This document shows, in pieces, positions 8,599 through 20,299 of a stretch of 64,000 nt of DNA. The stretch spans positions 13,054 to 77,053 of the forward strand of contig MHNE01000008.1 of the NCBI GenBank assembly GCA_001819605.1, given 5' to 3'. A program made the translations under genes and the position numbers. The notes under the pieces are model-generated. The model saw nothing but the letters and a program-made list of their open reading frames with translations. It had not been told where the DNA came from and ran no database searches. Numbering within the stretch: position 1 is the first letter of the stretch; every line of letters begins with the position of its first letter. The DNA is from Candidatus Portnoybacteria bacterium RIFCSPLOWO2_01_FULL_43_11. Lineage in GTDB: Bacteria > Patescibacteriota > Minisyncoccia > Portnoybacterales > UBA2143.

Positions 8599-9510
8599 AT
8601 GTCAAGTGGAAAACCATTTTTAATTGTTATCTTAGGACCAACCGCTTCCGGTAAATCAGCTCTGGCCATTAAATTAGCTGGCCGATTTAATGGTGAAATT
8701 ATTTCTGCGGACTCAAGACAAATTTATAAAGAAATGGATATTGGAACCGCTAAATCATTAGGGTCCGACCCTCGCGAGGGTCAGACCCTAAACTTAATTG
8801 ATATAGTCAGGCCTGATCAAGAATTTACTCTGGCTCAATATAAAAAATTAGCTATTAAAACTATCAATGATATTCACAAGCGAGGTAAATTGCCTTTTTT
8901 GGTCGGCGGCACCGGGTTATACATCTGGGCTGTTGTTGACAATCTAAAAATCCCTAAAGTTAAACCCCAGCCGGAATTAAGGGAAAAAATAGAAAAAGAA
9001 ATAAAACAAAAAGGACTAAAAAAAGTATATCAAAAACTCTTAAAATTAGACCCGGGAGCAAAACATTTTATAGAGCCGGATAATCCGCGAAGAATCATCA
9101 GAGCATTAGAGGTTTGTCTTATTACAAAAAAGCCGTTTTCCAAACAAAGAAAAAAAGGCCGAGCTCTTTTTAATGTATTGCAAATCGGCCTTAAGCCGGC
9201 CAAAAATATTTTTGATAAAAAAATAGACCGGCGAGTGGATAAAATGATCCATGCCGGTCTTATAGACGAAGTAAAAAATTTAGCCAAAAAATATAGTTTT
9301 AATCTGCCTTCAATGAGCGGCATTGGCTATCAAGAAATCGGCCGGTATTTAAGAAATGAAATTGACTTAGAAAAAGCAAAAGAACTAATAAGGCTTCATA
9401 CCCGTCAATACGCCAAGCGCCAGATAAGCTGGTTTAAGCGCGACAAAAGAATCCACTGGATAAAGAATTATCAAGAAGCGGAAAAAATAATAAAAGAATT
9501 TTTAGGATAA
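8599..9510 (+). CDS. miaA: tRNA dimethylallyltransferase
   Basis: P-loop GPTASGKS and DSRQIYKEMDIGTAK motifs. Confidence 0.9.
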   Translation: MSSGKPFLIVILGPTASGKSALAIKLAGRFNGEIISADSRQIYKEMDIGTAKSLGSDPREGQTLNLIDIVRPDQEFTLAQYKKLAIKTINDIHKRGKLPFLVGGTGLYIWAVVDNLKIPKVKPQPELREKIEKEIKQKGLKKVYQKLLKLDPGAKHFIEPDNPRRIIRALEVCLITKKPFSKQRKKGRALFNVLQIGLKPAKNIFDKKIDRRVDKMIHAGLIDEVKNLAKKYSFNLPSMSGIGYQEIGRYLRNEIDLEKAKELIRLHTRQYAKRQISWFKRDKRIHWIKNYQEAEKIIKEFLG

Positions 9511-10959
9511 AAAATCTTTTAAAATTTTACTCACAATTTGCGGATTAGCCTTGCCTTTACTTTCCCGCATTACTTGGCCGACCAAGAATTGTAAAGCGTT
9601 TTCTTTGCCCGCTCTATAATCTTTTACTGATTGTTCATTGTTTTTTATAACTTGTTCAACTATTTTTGTCAATTCATCCTCACTGCTCACCTGTTTAAGC
9701 CCTTTATCTTCAATAATATGAGTCGGGTCAGCGCCGGTTAAAAACATTTCTTTTAAAACAAGCTGGCCAGCGGAGCTGGAGATCTCTCCTTTTTCAATCA
9801 AAACAATAAATTCAGAAAAATTCTCGGCTGTAATTTTTTCCGGCAAACTATAATCAATAATTTTTAAAACGTCGGCAATCCGGGGAATTTCAGTTAATAA
9901 ATAATTAGCGGTTAATTTATATAATTTTTGAAGAGAAAGTTTTTCCTTAGCTTCCTCTGTCTGATTAAATTCAGAGCAAACCCCCTCAAAATAATCGGCT
10001 GATTTTTTTTGATTAACTAAAATCTCAATGTCTTTTTCCGGCAGTTGATATTCCTTTTTAAATCTTTCCCGGCGAGCTTGCGGCAACTCCAAAATAAGAT
10101 TTAAGATTTTAGATTTAAGATTAAAGATTTTGAGCGGCGGCAAGTCCGGCTCCGGAAAATAACGGTAATCTTCCGCTTCTTCTTTAGTTCTTTGAGAAAA
10201 AGTTTTTTGCTTATTATCGTCCCAGCCGCGGGTTTCCTGAATTATTTTCTCGCCGGATTCCAATAAATCCGCTTGTCTTTTGATTTCGTATTCTATGGCC
10301 CGCTCCACTGACCTAAATGAATTAAGGTTTTTAACTTCTACTTTCGTGCCGAGTTTTTTACCCGAGTCCTTAAGCGATATATTCGCTTCCACTCGCATCT
10401 GCCCCTTTTCCATATCAGCGTCAGAAACCCCTAAATATCGTAAAATCAACTGAAGTTCTTGGCTAAATTGCCGCGCTTCTTGAGCCGTTGTAATATCCGG
10501 TTCCGTTACCAATTCCATTAAAGGCACGCCGGCCCGATTAAAATCAACCAAGGAATAATCAGCGCCTTTTGAGTGGATTAATTTTCCGGTGTCTTCTTCT
10601 AAATGAATCCGCGTAATCTTGATTTTTCGGCCGTTTATTTCTAAAAAACCATTCACTGATAATGGCTTATCGTATTGAGAAATTTGATAGCCCTTGGGCA
10701 AATCCGGATAAAAATAATTTTTGCGGTCAAACTTGGAGAATTCCGGAATTTCGCAATTTAGAGCCAAAGCGGTTTTTAAAACATATTCAACTGCTTTTTG
10801 GTTAATAACGGGCAAACTTCCGGGCTGACCAGTACAAATCGGGCAAATATAAATATTCGGCTCTTGAGCCGTTGGGTTATTCGGGCAATCGCAAAACATT
10901 TTGCTCTCTGTTTTTAATTCCGCGTGAATCTCAAGACCGATAGTTGGCTGATATTTCAT
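9502..10959 (-). CDS. gatB: Asp-tRNA(Asn)/Glu-tRNA(Gln) amidotransferase subunit B
   Basis: MKYQPTIGLEIHAEL N-terminus and a GatB/YqeY C-terminus; the ORF start is trimmed to the conserved M. Confidence 0.9.
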   Translation of the reverse strand: MKYQPTIGLEIHAELKTESKMFCDCPNNPTAQEPNIYICPICTGQPGSLPVINQKAVEYVLKTALALNCEIPEFSKFDRKNYFYPDLPKGYQISQYDKPLSVNGFLEINGRKIKITRIHLEEDTGKLIHSKGADYSLVDFNRAGVPLMELVTEPDITTAQEARQFSQELQLILRYLGVSDADMEKGQMRVEANISLKDSGKKLGTKVEVKNLNSFRSVERAIEYEIKRQADLLESGEKIIQETRGWDDNKQKTFSQRTKEEAEDYRYFPEPDLPPLKIFNLKSKILNLILELPQARRERFKKEYQLPEKDIEILVNQKKSADYFEGVCSEFNQTEEAKEKLSLQKLYKLTANYLLTEIPRIADVLKIIDYSLPEKITAENFSEFIVLIEKGEISSSAGQLVLKEMFLTGADPTHIIEDKGLKQVSSEDELTKIVEQVIKNNEQSVKDYRAGKENALQFLVGQVMRESKGKANPQIVSKILKDFLS

Positions 10960-11033
10960 AATTTTTTTCTTAATACAAAAAAGGCTTTCTAAGTTCAAGT
11001 TTATTTTAAACCAGAAAGCCCTTTGGGTCAATT

Positions 11034-11930
11034 TTAGCTCCGTTGACTAGCCAAAAAGACATTTTTCAAAAGCAAGGCTACTGTCAACGGCCCCACTCCG
11101 CCGGGCACTGGCGAAAGCCAACCGGCTTTTTCTCCTACGCTTTCTTTATCAATATTGCCGATGGCTTTTTTGTCTTTTTTAATAAACCCGGCGTCAATCA
11201 AGACAACTTCCTTTTTAATCATTGAGCCCTTAATAAAATTTGGCTTATTCAAAACCGTAATTAAAACATCTGCCTTTTTAACAATATCTTTTATGTCCTT
11301 TTTGTCAAATAAATTATATTCAATCTTTAAGCTGTTTATCTTAAAAAAATCTTTCAATACCCGGCCAAAGACATTTGAATTAACCAAAGCCAATATTTTT
11401 TTATTTTTAAAATTTTTGCCTGATTTTTTAAGAGCGGTTAAAATCGCCGAGGGTAAAACCGGAAAAAAATAAGGTGTCCCCTTTTTTAATAATTTTCTGT
11501 TTAATTTATGAAAACCGTCAATGTCTTTTTTGGGACTGATTGACTGAATAATTTTTTCCGTTTTTAAACCAGTCGGCAGAGGCAATTGAACAATAATGCC
11601 ATCAACTGATTTGTCTTGGTTAAAGTCTTTTATCCTCTGGATAATTTTTAATTCTTTGGCGTTTTTTTGAAATCTTTCCTCAATAACTTCGAGGCCGATT
11701 TTTTCCGCCGCTTCTTTTTTCAATTTAACATAAAGCTCTGAAGCGGGATTTTTACCGACCATGACTATCGCCAATCTAAGTTTCTTTTTATTTTTTTTTA
11801 CCCCGCACTTTTCAAGAGCTATTTTTCTTGATGCCGTAGGCATCGAATACTTGAAAGGTGCGGGGCTTATTTTATTTTTTAAGTCCAGTAAAATTTTCTC
11901 CGCCTCTTTTTTACCATTGAAAATCTTCAT
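11034..11930 (-). CDS. folD: bifunctional methylenetetrahydrofolate dehydrogenase/cyclohydrolase
   Basis: VGKNPASELYVKLK and DGIIVQLPLP motifs. Confidence 0.85.
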   Translation of the reverse strand: MKIFNGKKEAEKILLDLKNKISPAPFKYSMPTASRKIALEKCGVKKNKKKLRLAIVMVGKNPASELYVKLKKEAAEKIGLEVIEERFQKNAKELKIIQRIKDFNQDKSVDGIIVQLPLPTGLKTEKIIQSISPKKDIDGFHKLNRKLLKKGTPYFFPVLPSAILTALKKSGKNFKNKKILALVNSNVFGRVLKDFFKINSLKIEYNLFDKKDIKDIVKKADVLITVLNKPNFIKGSMIKKEVVLIDAGFIKKDKKAIGNIDKESVGEKAGWLSPVPGGVGPLTVALLLKNVFLASQRS

Positions 11931-13182
11931 ATATGGGAAATCTTTTAACTATTTTTCTAACCTCTGATTTAATTTGTTTTTTGATTTTTTGGCTGTTAAT
12001 GTTTTTTATCAATTCCGACATTAAACGGGCAACCTGTCTCGCCTCCTTTTCTTTAAGTCCTCGCGTGGTTATGGCCGGCGACCCTATTCTAACGCCTGAA
12101 GGATTATAAGGCGGCCGAGTATCAAAGGGAATGGCGTTTCTGTTAATATAAAGACCAACTTTACCTAATTCGTCTTGAATTATTTTAGAATCTCCAAAAG
12201 AAGAGACGTCAATAACCATCAAATGATTATCAGTGCCGTTGCTAATTACTTTTAGACCCTGCTTTAAAAATTCGTCAGCCATAATTTTACCGTTTAAAAT
12301 AACTTGTTTCTGATATTTTTTAAAGGAAGGATTCATCGCTTCTTTTAAACAAACCGCTTTGGCGGCAATCACATGCTCTAAGGGCCCGCCTTGAATGCCG
12401 GGAAATACGCCTGAATCAATTTTTTGCGCTAAAGTTTTCTCTTTTGGATTCAGTCGGTCTTTTATTTTTGACAAAATCAAGCCGCCGCGGGGGCCGCGCA
12501 AAGTTTTATGAGTGGTCGTTGTCACCACATCGCAATAAGGAAATGGCTGGGGATGAAGCCCGGCAATAACCAAGCCGGCAATATGAGCAATGTCAGCCAT
12601 TAGATACGCCTTGACTTCGTCGGCAATCTCGCGGAATTTCTTAAAATCAAGCTTCCTTGAATAAGAAGTAGTGCTGGCTAAAATTAATTTTGGCCGAAAT
12701 TTCAAGGCCGCTCTTCTTACTTCTTTAAAATCAATCAATTCAGTTTTCCTATTAACGCCGTAGTAGGAAAAATTATAAATTTTTCCGGAAAAATTAACCT
12801 TTGAACCATGAGTTAAATGTCCGCCGCAAGAAAGGTCAAAGCCCAAAATTTTTTCACCGGAGCCAACCAAAGCCAGATAAACAGCCGCGTTGGCTTGAGC
12901 GCCGGAATGGGGCTGAAGATTGGCGTGCTCCGCTTTAAAGAGTCTCTTCGCCCGCTCAATGCCTATGCTTTCAATTTTATCAATAAATTTATTGCCGCTG
13001 TAATATCTTTTTCCCGGGTAGCCCTCGGAATATTTATTGCTTAAAGGAGTAGCCATGGCCGAAAGAACGGCCGGGCTCGCGTAATTTTCCGAAGCAATCA
13101 AAACCAAGCCGTCTTTTTGACGCTCAATTTCTTTTTTGATTAAATTATAAATTTGCGGGTCGGTTTTTTTGAGATTTTTCAT
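11911..13182 (-). CDS. glyA: serine hydroxymethyltransferase
   Basis: LIASENYASP and T(T)THKTLRGPRGG PLP-lysine motifs. Confidence 0.9.
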   Translation of the reverse strand: MKNLKKTDPQIYNLIKKEIERQKDGLVLIASENYASPAVLSAMATPLSNKYSEGYPGKRYYSGNKFIDKIESIGIERAKRLFKAEHANLQPHSGAQANAAVYLALVGSGEKILGFDLSCGGHLTHGSKVNFSGKIYNFSYYGVNRKTELIDFKEVRRAALKFRPKLILASTTSYSRKLDFKKFREIADEVKAYLMADIAHIAGLVIAGLHPQPFPYCDVVTTTTHKTLRGPRGGLILSKIKDRLNPKEKTLAQKIDSGVFPGIQGGPLEHVIAAKAVCLKEAMNPSFKKYQKQVILNGKIMADEFLKQGLKVISNGTDNHLMVIDVSSFGDSKIIQDELGKVGLYINRNAIPFDTRPPYNPSGVRIGSPAITTRGLKEKEARQVARLMSELIKNINSQKIKKQIKSEVRKIVKRFPIYEDFQW

Positions 13183-13187
13183 AAAAA

Positions 13188-13727
13188 CTAAACTTGCTTT
13201 TCTTTTTTCTTGGCCGTCACCCTTCCTCCCTGCCATTGGCCGCGGTATAAGTTGGTCTTGCCTTTAACCTGAAAAAACATCGCGTGCGCTACCCTTGCTC
13301 CCAATTCTATTTTTACTTCGCATGGACCTAAATTAGCAATGGCAAAAGTTAATTCGCCGCAATACCCGGGAGAACAAGTGGCGGTAAAAAGCATTAAGCC
13401 GGAGCGAAAAAGAGTAGTTCGCGGCGTAAAAAGAATTAAAATATCTTGTGGGGTATTAACTTTCTCAATTGTTTTCATTAAATAATAAGAGCCGGGCTTA
13501 AAAATAAAACTGGTTTTTTTCTTTTCGTTAAATTTGGCCGCTAATTTCGCTTCCGGCGTTTTTCTGTCGTCAATCCCCAAAAAACTTTTTCCCTTAATTT
13601 TATAAACTTCTCCCAGCCGCAAATCAAAACCAGCGCCTTCCGGATTGGTTAATTCGCGCTCGGAAAGATTTTCCACTAATTTCTTTTCTTTAACTAATTT
13701 TAATAATTGATCCACCCCTAAAATCAT
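13188..13727 (-). CDS. dcd: dCTP deaminase (dUTPase fold)
   Basis: GAGFDLRLG and RSGLM...CSPGY...ELTF...NLG align with E. coli Dcd RLGLMVH...DPGWSG. Confidence 0.75.
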   Translation of the reverse strand: MILGVDQLLKLVKEKKLVENLSERELTNPEGAGFDLRLGEVYKIKGKSFLGIDDRKTPEAKLAAKFNEKKKTSFIFKPGSYYLMKTIEKVNTPQDILILFTPRTTLFRSGLMLFTATCSPGYCGELTFAIANLGPCEVKIELGARVAHAMFFQVKGKTNLYRGQWQGGRVTAKKKEKQV

Positions 13728-13728
13728 T

Positions 13729-14217
13729 TTATAGTTTCTTCTCTAAAGTGACAAAGGCATATTTATAAGGATTTTCTTTATCGGGTTGATTTTCAATTCT
13801 CTCCGTCTCTTTCCAGTCATCCCAATCAAATTCTGGAAAATAAGCATCACCGCTAAAATCATGATGTATCAAGGTCAAATACATTCTATTAGCCAGAGGT
13901 AAAAACTGTTCATATATTGAAGCGCCGCCGACAATCATTACCTCCTCATTTCCTTTTACTTTATCCATTACCTCTTTTATGGAATGGGCAATAATACATC
14001 CTTGTTGACGAAAATTAATGTCCTTGGTTAAAATAATATTAGTCCGACCGGCCAAGGGCTTTCCGATAGATTCAAAAGTCCTCTGCCCCATTATTATTGG
14101 TTTCCCAATTGTCAATTCGCGAAAATGCTTCATGTCCGCTGGTAATTTCCAAGGCAAAAAGTTTTTTGTCCCGATAACGCGATTATTGCCTATGGCAACA
14201 ATAATTGAAATAATCAT
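13729..14217 (-). CDS. folA: dihydrofolate reductase
   Basis: IIVAIGNNRVIG..LPW and GRRTFESIG motifs; 162 aa. Confidence 0.9.
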   Translation of the reverse strand: MIISIIVAIGNNRVIGTKNFLPWKLPADMKHFRELTIGKPIIMGQRTFESIGKPLAGRTNIILTKDINFRQQGCIIAHSIKEVMDKVKGNEEVMIVGGASIYEQFLPLANRMYLTLIHHDFSGDAYFPEFDWDDWKETERIENQPDKENPYKYAFVTLEKKL

Positions 14218-14307
14218 AAATATTGTCTTTTTTATCTATTATTGATATTATAATATAAAATGATATTTTACAATATTTTTAAGTATTAAATAGAATCACT
14301 ACATCAT

Positions 14308-14850
14308 ATGAAAGTACAAAAAAATTCCGTTATTTTGGATTATCAGGAACTAAAAAGAAATATTGACGCTCATAAAATTTTGGGCCATAGGATTATCTGC
14401 ACCGTAGGATCTTGGGATATGCTTCATATAGGTCATTTGCGATATCTAATAGAAGCAAAGAAACGCGGGGATGTGCTTATAGTGGGGGTTGATAGCGACC
14501 GGGGAATTAAGTTATATAAAAAAAACGAACTTAGACCCATTATTCCTCAAGAAGAAAGAATGGAAATGCTCAAATATCAAGAATGCGTTGACTATATTAC
14601 TCTGATTGACGACATTGACGATGACGGAAAATGGCAATACGAACTGATAAAAATAATTAAGCCCCATATTTTTGTTACTATTCCTGAAAGTTATCCCGAA
14701 GAACAAATTCAAGATATTAAGTTACATTCTGACGAAGTTTTAATTCTGCCCCGGCAAGCTGAAAATACTTCCACTACGGAAATTATAGAAAGAATGATAA
14801 AAAAACATGTTGAGGCGCTACTCTCCAATATAACCAAAAAAGGACAATGA
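14308..14850 (+). CDS. cytidylyltransferase-like nucleotidyltransferase (TagD / RfaE domain-II family)
   Basis: HIGH-type motif VGSWDMLHIGHLRYL and C-terminal ISTTEIIERM as in glycerol-3-phosphate cytidylyltransferase. Confidence 0.7.
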   Translation: MKVQKNSVILDYQELKRNIDAHKILGHRIICTVGSWDMLHIGHLRYLIEAKKRGDVLIVGVDSDRGIKLYKKNELRPIIPQEERMEMLKYQECVDYITLIDDIDDDGKWQYELIKIIKPHIFVTIPESYPEEQIQDIKLHSDEVLILPRQAENTSTTEIIERMIKKHVEALLSNITKKGQ

Positions 14851-15287
14851 CGAGATTTGTTAATATAAAATACGCAAAGGGGAAAGAATATAAAAAAGTA
14901 ATAAAAAAAATAGCCTTAACAGGCAAATGTCCTTTTTGCAAAGAAAATTTTAAATACCACAAAGAGCCGATTCTTAGGAAAAATAACGGTTGGTTTCTAA
15001 CACACGATAGTTGGCCATACAAAAACAGCCAATATCATCTTATTATTATCGGAGAAAAACATAGAGAACAATTTAATGAATTAACAAAGAAAGATTTTGA
15101 AAGTGTGGCTAATTTAACACAATGGGCAATAAAAAAATACAATATTAAAGGAGGTGCTCTGGCTACGAGATTCGGCGACACAAATTTTACCGGCGCTTCT
15201 GTCGCTCATATCCATTTTCACATAATTTCTCCGAAGCAAGATAAAAAAAGAGAAGGTTCAAAAGTGGTGAACTTCCCCATAGGATAA
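14847..15287 (+). CDS. HIT-family (histidine triad) protein
   Basis: HIHFHIISP histidine triad near the C-terminus. Confidence 0.7.
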   Translation: MTRFVNIKYAKGKEYKKVIKKIALTGKCPFCKENFKYHKEPILRKNNGWFLTHDSWPYKNSQYHLIIIGEKHREQFNELTKKDFESVANLTQWAIKKYNIKGGALATRFGDTNFTGASVAHIHFHIISPKQDKKREGSKVVNFPIG

Positions 15288-15302
15288 TAAACTCTAATTT
15301 AA

Positions 15303-16124
15303 TTAAACGCCTACTTCAGCTTTAATCGGCGGATGAGGATCATATCCCTCTAATTTAAAATCTTCGTAATCAAAATCGAAGATGTTTTTTATTTCAGAAT
15401 TTAAAATCATCTTGGGCAAGGTTTTTGGTTCACGGGTTAACTGCAGTTTCGCCTGCTCTATGTGATTAAGATAAAGATGGGTATCGGATAAAGTATGGAT
15501 AAACTCATTGGCTTTTAATCCTGTCGCCTGCGCCATCATCATTAAAAGCAGTGAATAAGAAGCGATATTAAAAGGAACTCCCAAAAACACATCGGCGCTC
15601 CGCTGAAAAAGATGTAAAGATAATTTTCCTTGCGCGACGAAAAATTTAAAAAAACAATGACAAGGGGCGACAAAGACTTTGTCAACATCTTCCGGATCCC
15701 ATGAAGTGACTACTAAACGTCGGGAGTCTGGAAACTTTTTTATTTCTTCAATCGCTTCGCTTATTTGATCAATTATTCCGCCATCTCTCTTTTTCCACCG
15801 GCGCCACTTTTCTCCGTAAATCGGACCCAATTCTCCGGGCGGGTTCCCGTATTTAGCGCATGCCTCCGGAGTTGCCCATTCGTCCCAAATACTTACCCCA
15901 TGGTCCTTTAAATATTTAACATTAGTATCGCCTTTTAAAAACCAAAGCAATTCATAAATAATTGCTTTTAAATATACTTTCTTGGTAGTCAACAAAGGAA
16001 AACCATTGTCCATCTTAAATCGCATCTGATAACCGCAAACAGCAATATTCCCCACTCCTTGAGGATCTCCTTTTCTCTCTCCGTTTTCTAAAACATGTTT
16101 TAATAAATCTAAATACTGCTTCAT
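15303..16124 (-). CDS. thyA: thymidylate synthase
   Basis: Conserved ThyA sequence with C(H)CF..FQ and GVPFNIASY motifs. Confidence 0.9.
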   Translation of the reverse strand: MKQYLDLLKHVLENGERKGDPQGVGNIAVCGYQMRFKMDNGFPLLTTKKVYLKAIIYELLWFLKGDTNVKYLKDHGVSIWDEWATPEACAKYGNPPGELGPIYGEKWRRWKKRDGGIIDQISEAIEEIKKFPDSRRLVVTSWDPEDVDKVFVAPCHCFFKFFVAQGKLSLHLFQRSADVFLGVPFNIASYSLLLMMMAQATGLKANEFIHTLSDTHLYLNHIEQAKLQLTREPKTLPKMILNSEIKNIFDFDYEDFKLEGYDPHPPIKAEVGV

Positions 16125-16200
16125 GCTTTAATTTTATTATAAAAAACAAAGAGAGTCAATTACCTTCTCCCTCTCTAAATGTTAAACAACAAATGCGCTT

Positions 16201-16246
16201 ACAACCAGAAAAAATAAATCAACTTTAATTTATTTTTTCTGGTTGT
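16201..16246. terminator. perfect 19-bp-stem hairpin (ACAACCAGAAAAAATAAAT-caacttta-ATTTATTTTTTCTGGTTGT) overlapping the dCMP deaminase stop; probable bidirectional terminator
   Basis: Perfect inverted repeat read directly; T/A runs in both arms. Confidence 0.55.
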
Positions 16247-17072
16247 ACAAAACACGCGTAATTTTAATTCCAACCGCTTCTAAAACTTTTCTTGCGTCAA
16301 AATTAGAGCCGCCTTCCGCGAAATAAATGTTTTTTATACCGGAAAGCGCAATAAGTTTAGCGCAAACAGGACAAGGAAAAGTAGTAACATAAAGCGATGT
16401 TCCTTTAAGTGAAATGCCTTTTTTAGCGGCCTGGGCAACAATATTTTCTTCAGCATGAATTGTACTTGCTAAATCATGCCTTTCTCCGGCTTTGAAAAAA
16501 TCGCGCACTTCGCCAACCTGATACGGCGTATGGTCGCTTGGTAAATCTTTATTATTTCCCCAAAGAATAATTTTTTTATTTTTAACCAATACTGCTCCGA
16601 TTTGTCGCCACCAATCGCTACTCCTTTCGGATTCTCTGTACGCCTCTTTCATTGTTTTAATATCAAAAGAATTTTTGGAAGATATGATATCTTTTAATGG
16701 TTTTTGAGTCAATACCAACTCTTTGTCCCATCGTAAAAAAACTGACTGCCATTCTATTTTTTTCCCCCTTAAATATTTCTGCGCTAAGTTGCGGGATATC
16801 TCGTCCTGAATAAGAATTATCTCTCTATCTCCCAGTTTTTTAAAATTATTTTTAGAAAGAACTAAAATATTCTTAAAACCAATTTTATCTAATAAATCTC
16901 TTACTGTATCAACATCTAATGAAGCGATGTCCGGCTTTATCTCTAAAAGTTCTTTTTGGAGCTTTTCGTCAATTATATATATATTGGAAATTTTATTTAA
17001 ATTCTTTTTAAAAAAATCTAAATAACCTTTATGTATTACAGAAATATGAAGAATAAGATTTTTTTTCTTCAT
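16230..17072 (-). CDS. dCMP (cytidine/deoxycytidylate) deaminase domain with a ~140-aa N-terminal extension
   Basis: HAEENIV...PCPVCAKLI zinc-binding deaminase motifs in the C-terminal half. Confidence 0.75.
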   Translation of the reverse strand: MKKKNLILHISVIHKGYLDFFKKNLNKISNIYIIDEKLQKELLEIKPDIASLDVDTVRDLLDKIGFKNILVLSKNNFKKLGDREIILIQDEISRNLAQKYLRGKKIEWQSVFLRWDKELVLTQKPLKDIISSKNSFDIKTMKEAYRESERSSDWWRQIGAVLVKNKKIILWGNNKDLPSDHTPYQVGEVRDFFKAGERHDLASTIHAEENIVAQAAKKGISLKGTSLYVTTFPCPVCAKLIALSGIKNIYFAEGGSNFDARKVLEAVGIKITRVLYNQKK

Positions 17073-17084
17073 AAGAATAATATT

Positions 17085-17507
17085 TTACTCCACCACAATC
17101 CCCATACTCCTCGCCGTGCCTTCTATTATTCTTACTGCCTCTTCCACGGAATTTGCGTTTAAGTCTTCCATCTTTTTTTCAGCAATTTGCTTAACTTGTT
17201 CTTTACTGACTTTGCCTACTTTATTTTTATGGGGCTCTCCGGAACCTTTGTCAAGACCGGCCGCTTTTTTAAGAAGAAAGGAGGCCGGCGGAGTTTTTAA
17301 TTTAAAAGTATAGGTCCGGTCCTCGTAAACCGTAATTTCAACCGGAATAATATCGCCGGATTTATCTTTAGTCGCCTCGTTAAATCGGCTGCAAAATTCA
17401 GAAATATTTAAACCGTGCTGGCCCAAAGCCGGTCCGACCGGCGGCGCCGGGTTGGCCTGTCCGGCCGGAATCTGCAACTTTACGATTGTTTTAATGGGTT
17501 TTGCCAT
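17085..17507 (-). CDS. rplK: 50S ribosomal protein L11
   Basis: [23 protein letters not shown] motif. Confidence 0.9.
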   Translation of the reverse strand: MAKPIKTIVKLQIPAGQANPAPPVGPALGQHGLNISEFCSRFNEATKDKSGDIIPVEITVYEDRTYTFKLKTPPASFLLKKAAGLDKGSGEPHKNKVGKVSKEQVKQIAEKKMEDLNANSVEEAVRIIEGTARSMGIVVE

Positions 17508-17511
17508 AAGT

Positions 17512-18054
17512 TTATAATTTCTTTACCTGCAAGAAATCAAGCTCCACCGGCGTTTCCCGTCCAAACATAGAAACCAAAACTTTAATCTTTCCTCGGGCTT
17601 CGTCAATTTCAGAGATCTTTCCGTCAAAGTCTTTAAACGGGCCGTCGGTAATTTTTACCGGATCCCCTATTGCCACATCAATTTTATACTTGGGCTCTTC
17701 AACGCCCATTCTTTTTTGAATGGTTTTTATTTCATCCGGAGAAATCGGGGTCGGCACAGTGCCGGCGCCGATAAAGCCGGTTACCCTGGGAGTATTTCTC
17801 ACCACATACCAGGAATCGTCGGTCACTACCATTTCCACCAAAACATAGCCCGGATAAATTTTTTCTTCAACTATCTGTCGTTTGCCCGCTTTAATCTTAA
17901 TCTTTTTTTCTGTCGGCACCAAGACATTAAAAATCTTATCTTCCATTCCCATGCTTTCAATTCTCTGCTTTAAATTTCTGGCCACGGCTTCTTCATAGCC
18001 GGAATATGTATGGAGAACATACCAATTTTTTCCTTGTTCTACTTGTTTCGGCAT
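17512..18054 (-). CDS. nusG: transcription antitermination protein NusG
   Basis: [14 protein letters not shown] domain and C-terminal KOW (GPFKDF.GKI). Confidence 0.9.
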   Translation of the reverse strand: MPKQVEQGKNWYVLHTYSGYEEAVARNLKQRIESMGMEDKIFNVLVPTEKKIKIKAGKRQIVEEKIYPGYVLVEMVVTDDSWYVVRNTPRVTGFIGAGTVPTPISPDEIKTIQKRMGVEEPKYKIDVAIGDPVKITDGPFKDFDGKISEIDEARGKIKVLVSMFGRETPVELDFLQVKKL

Positions 18055-18057
18055 AAT

Positions 18058-18258
18058 TTATATCACAAATTTATTCAATAACCAGGTAAACAAAAAATCC
18101 AAGCCGCCTAAAAAAGCGGCTACGGCCAAGCTAAAACCAATCACAATCAAAGTATATTTAATCGTATCCTGCCGCGTTGGCCAAGTCACCCGCTTTAATT
18201 CAATCCTGACTTCTTTAAGAAAATTAATCGCTTTTGACGGTAAACTTGTAATATTCAT
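18058..18258 (-). CDS. secE: preprotein translocase subunit SecE
   Basis: 66 aa with a single TM; conserved secE-nusG-rplK order. Confidence 0.8.
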   Translation of the reverse strand: MNITSLPSKAINFLKEVRIELKRVTWPTRQDTIKYTLIVIGFSLAVAAFLGGLDFLFTWLLNKFVI

Positions 18259-18367
18259 TGGATTTAAAAACCCCGTCAGGGGTTATTTAATTCTATCTTA
18301 GGACTGAATAAAAACTCTGTCAACCCCCTGTGAATCGGTTAAACGTCGGGTGTTAGTTGTCAGAGGA

Positions 18368-20296
<1,929 letters not shown>

Positions 20297-20299
20297 TCA

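Noticed and set aside
18259-18367. Possible tRNA (tRNA-Trp is often upstream of secE) in the secE-gyrB spacer
   Set aside because: Only a short terminator-like hairpin (AACCCCTGACGGGGTT) is present. No cloverleaf, T-loop or anticodon arm could be folded.
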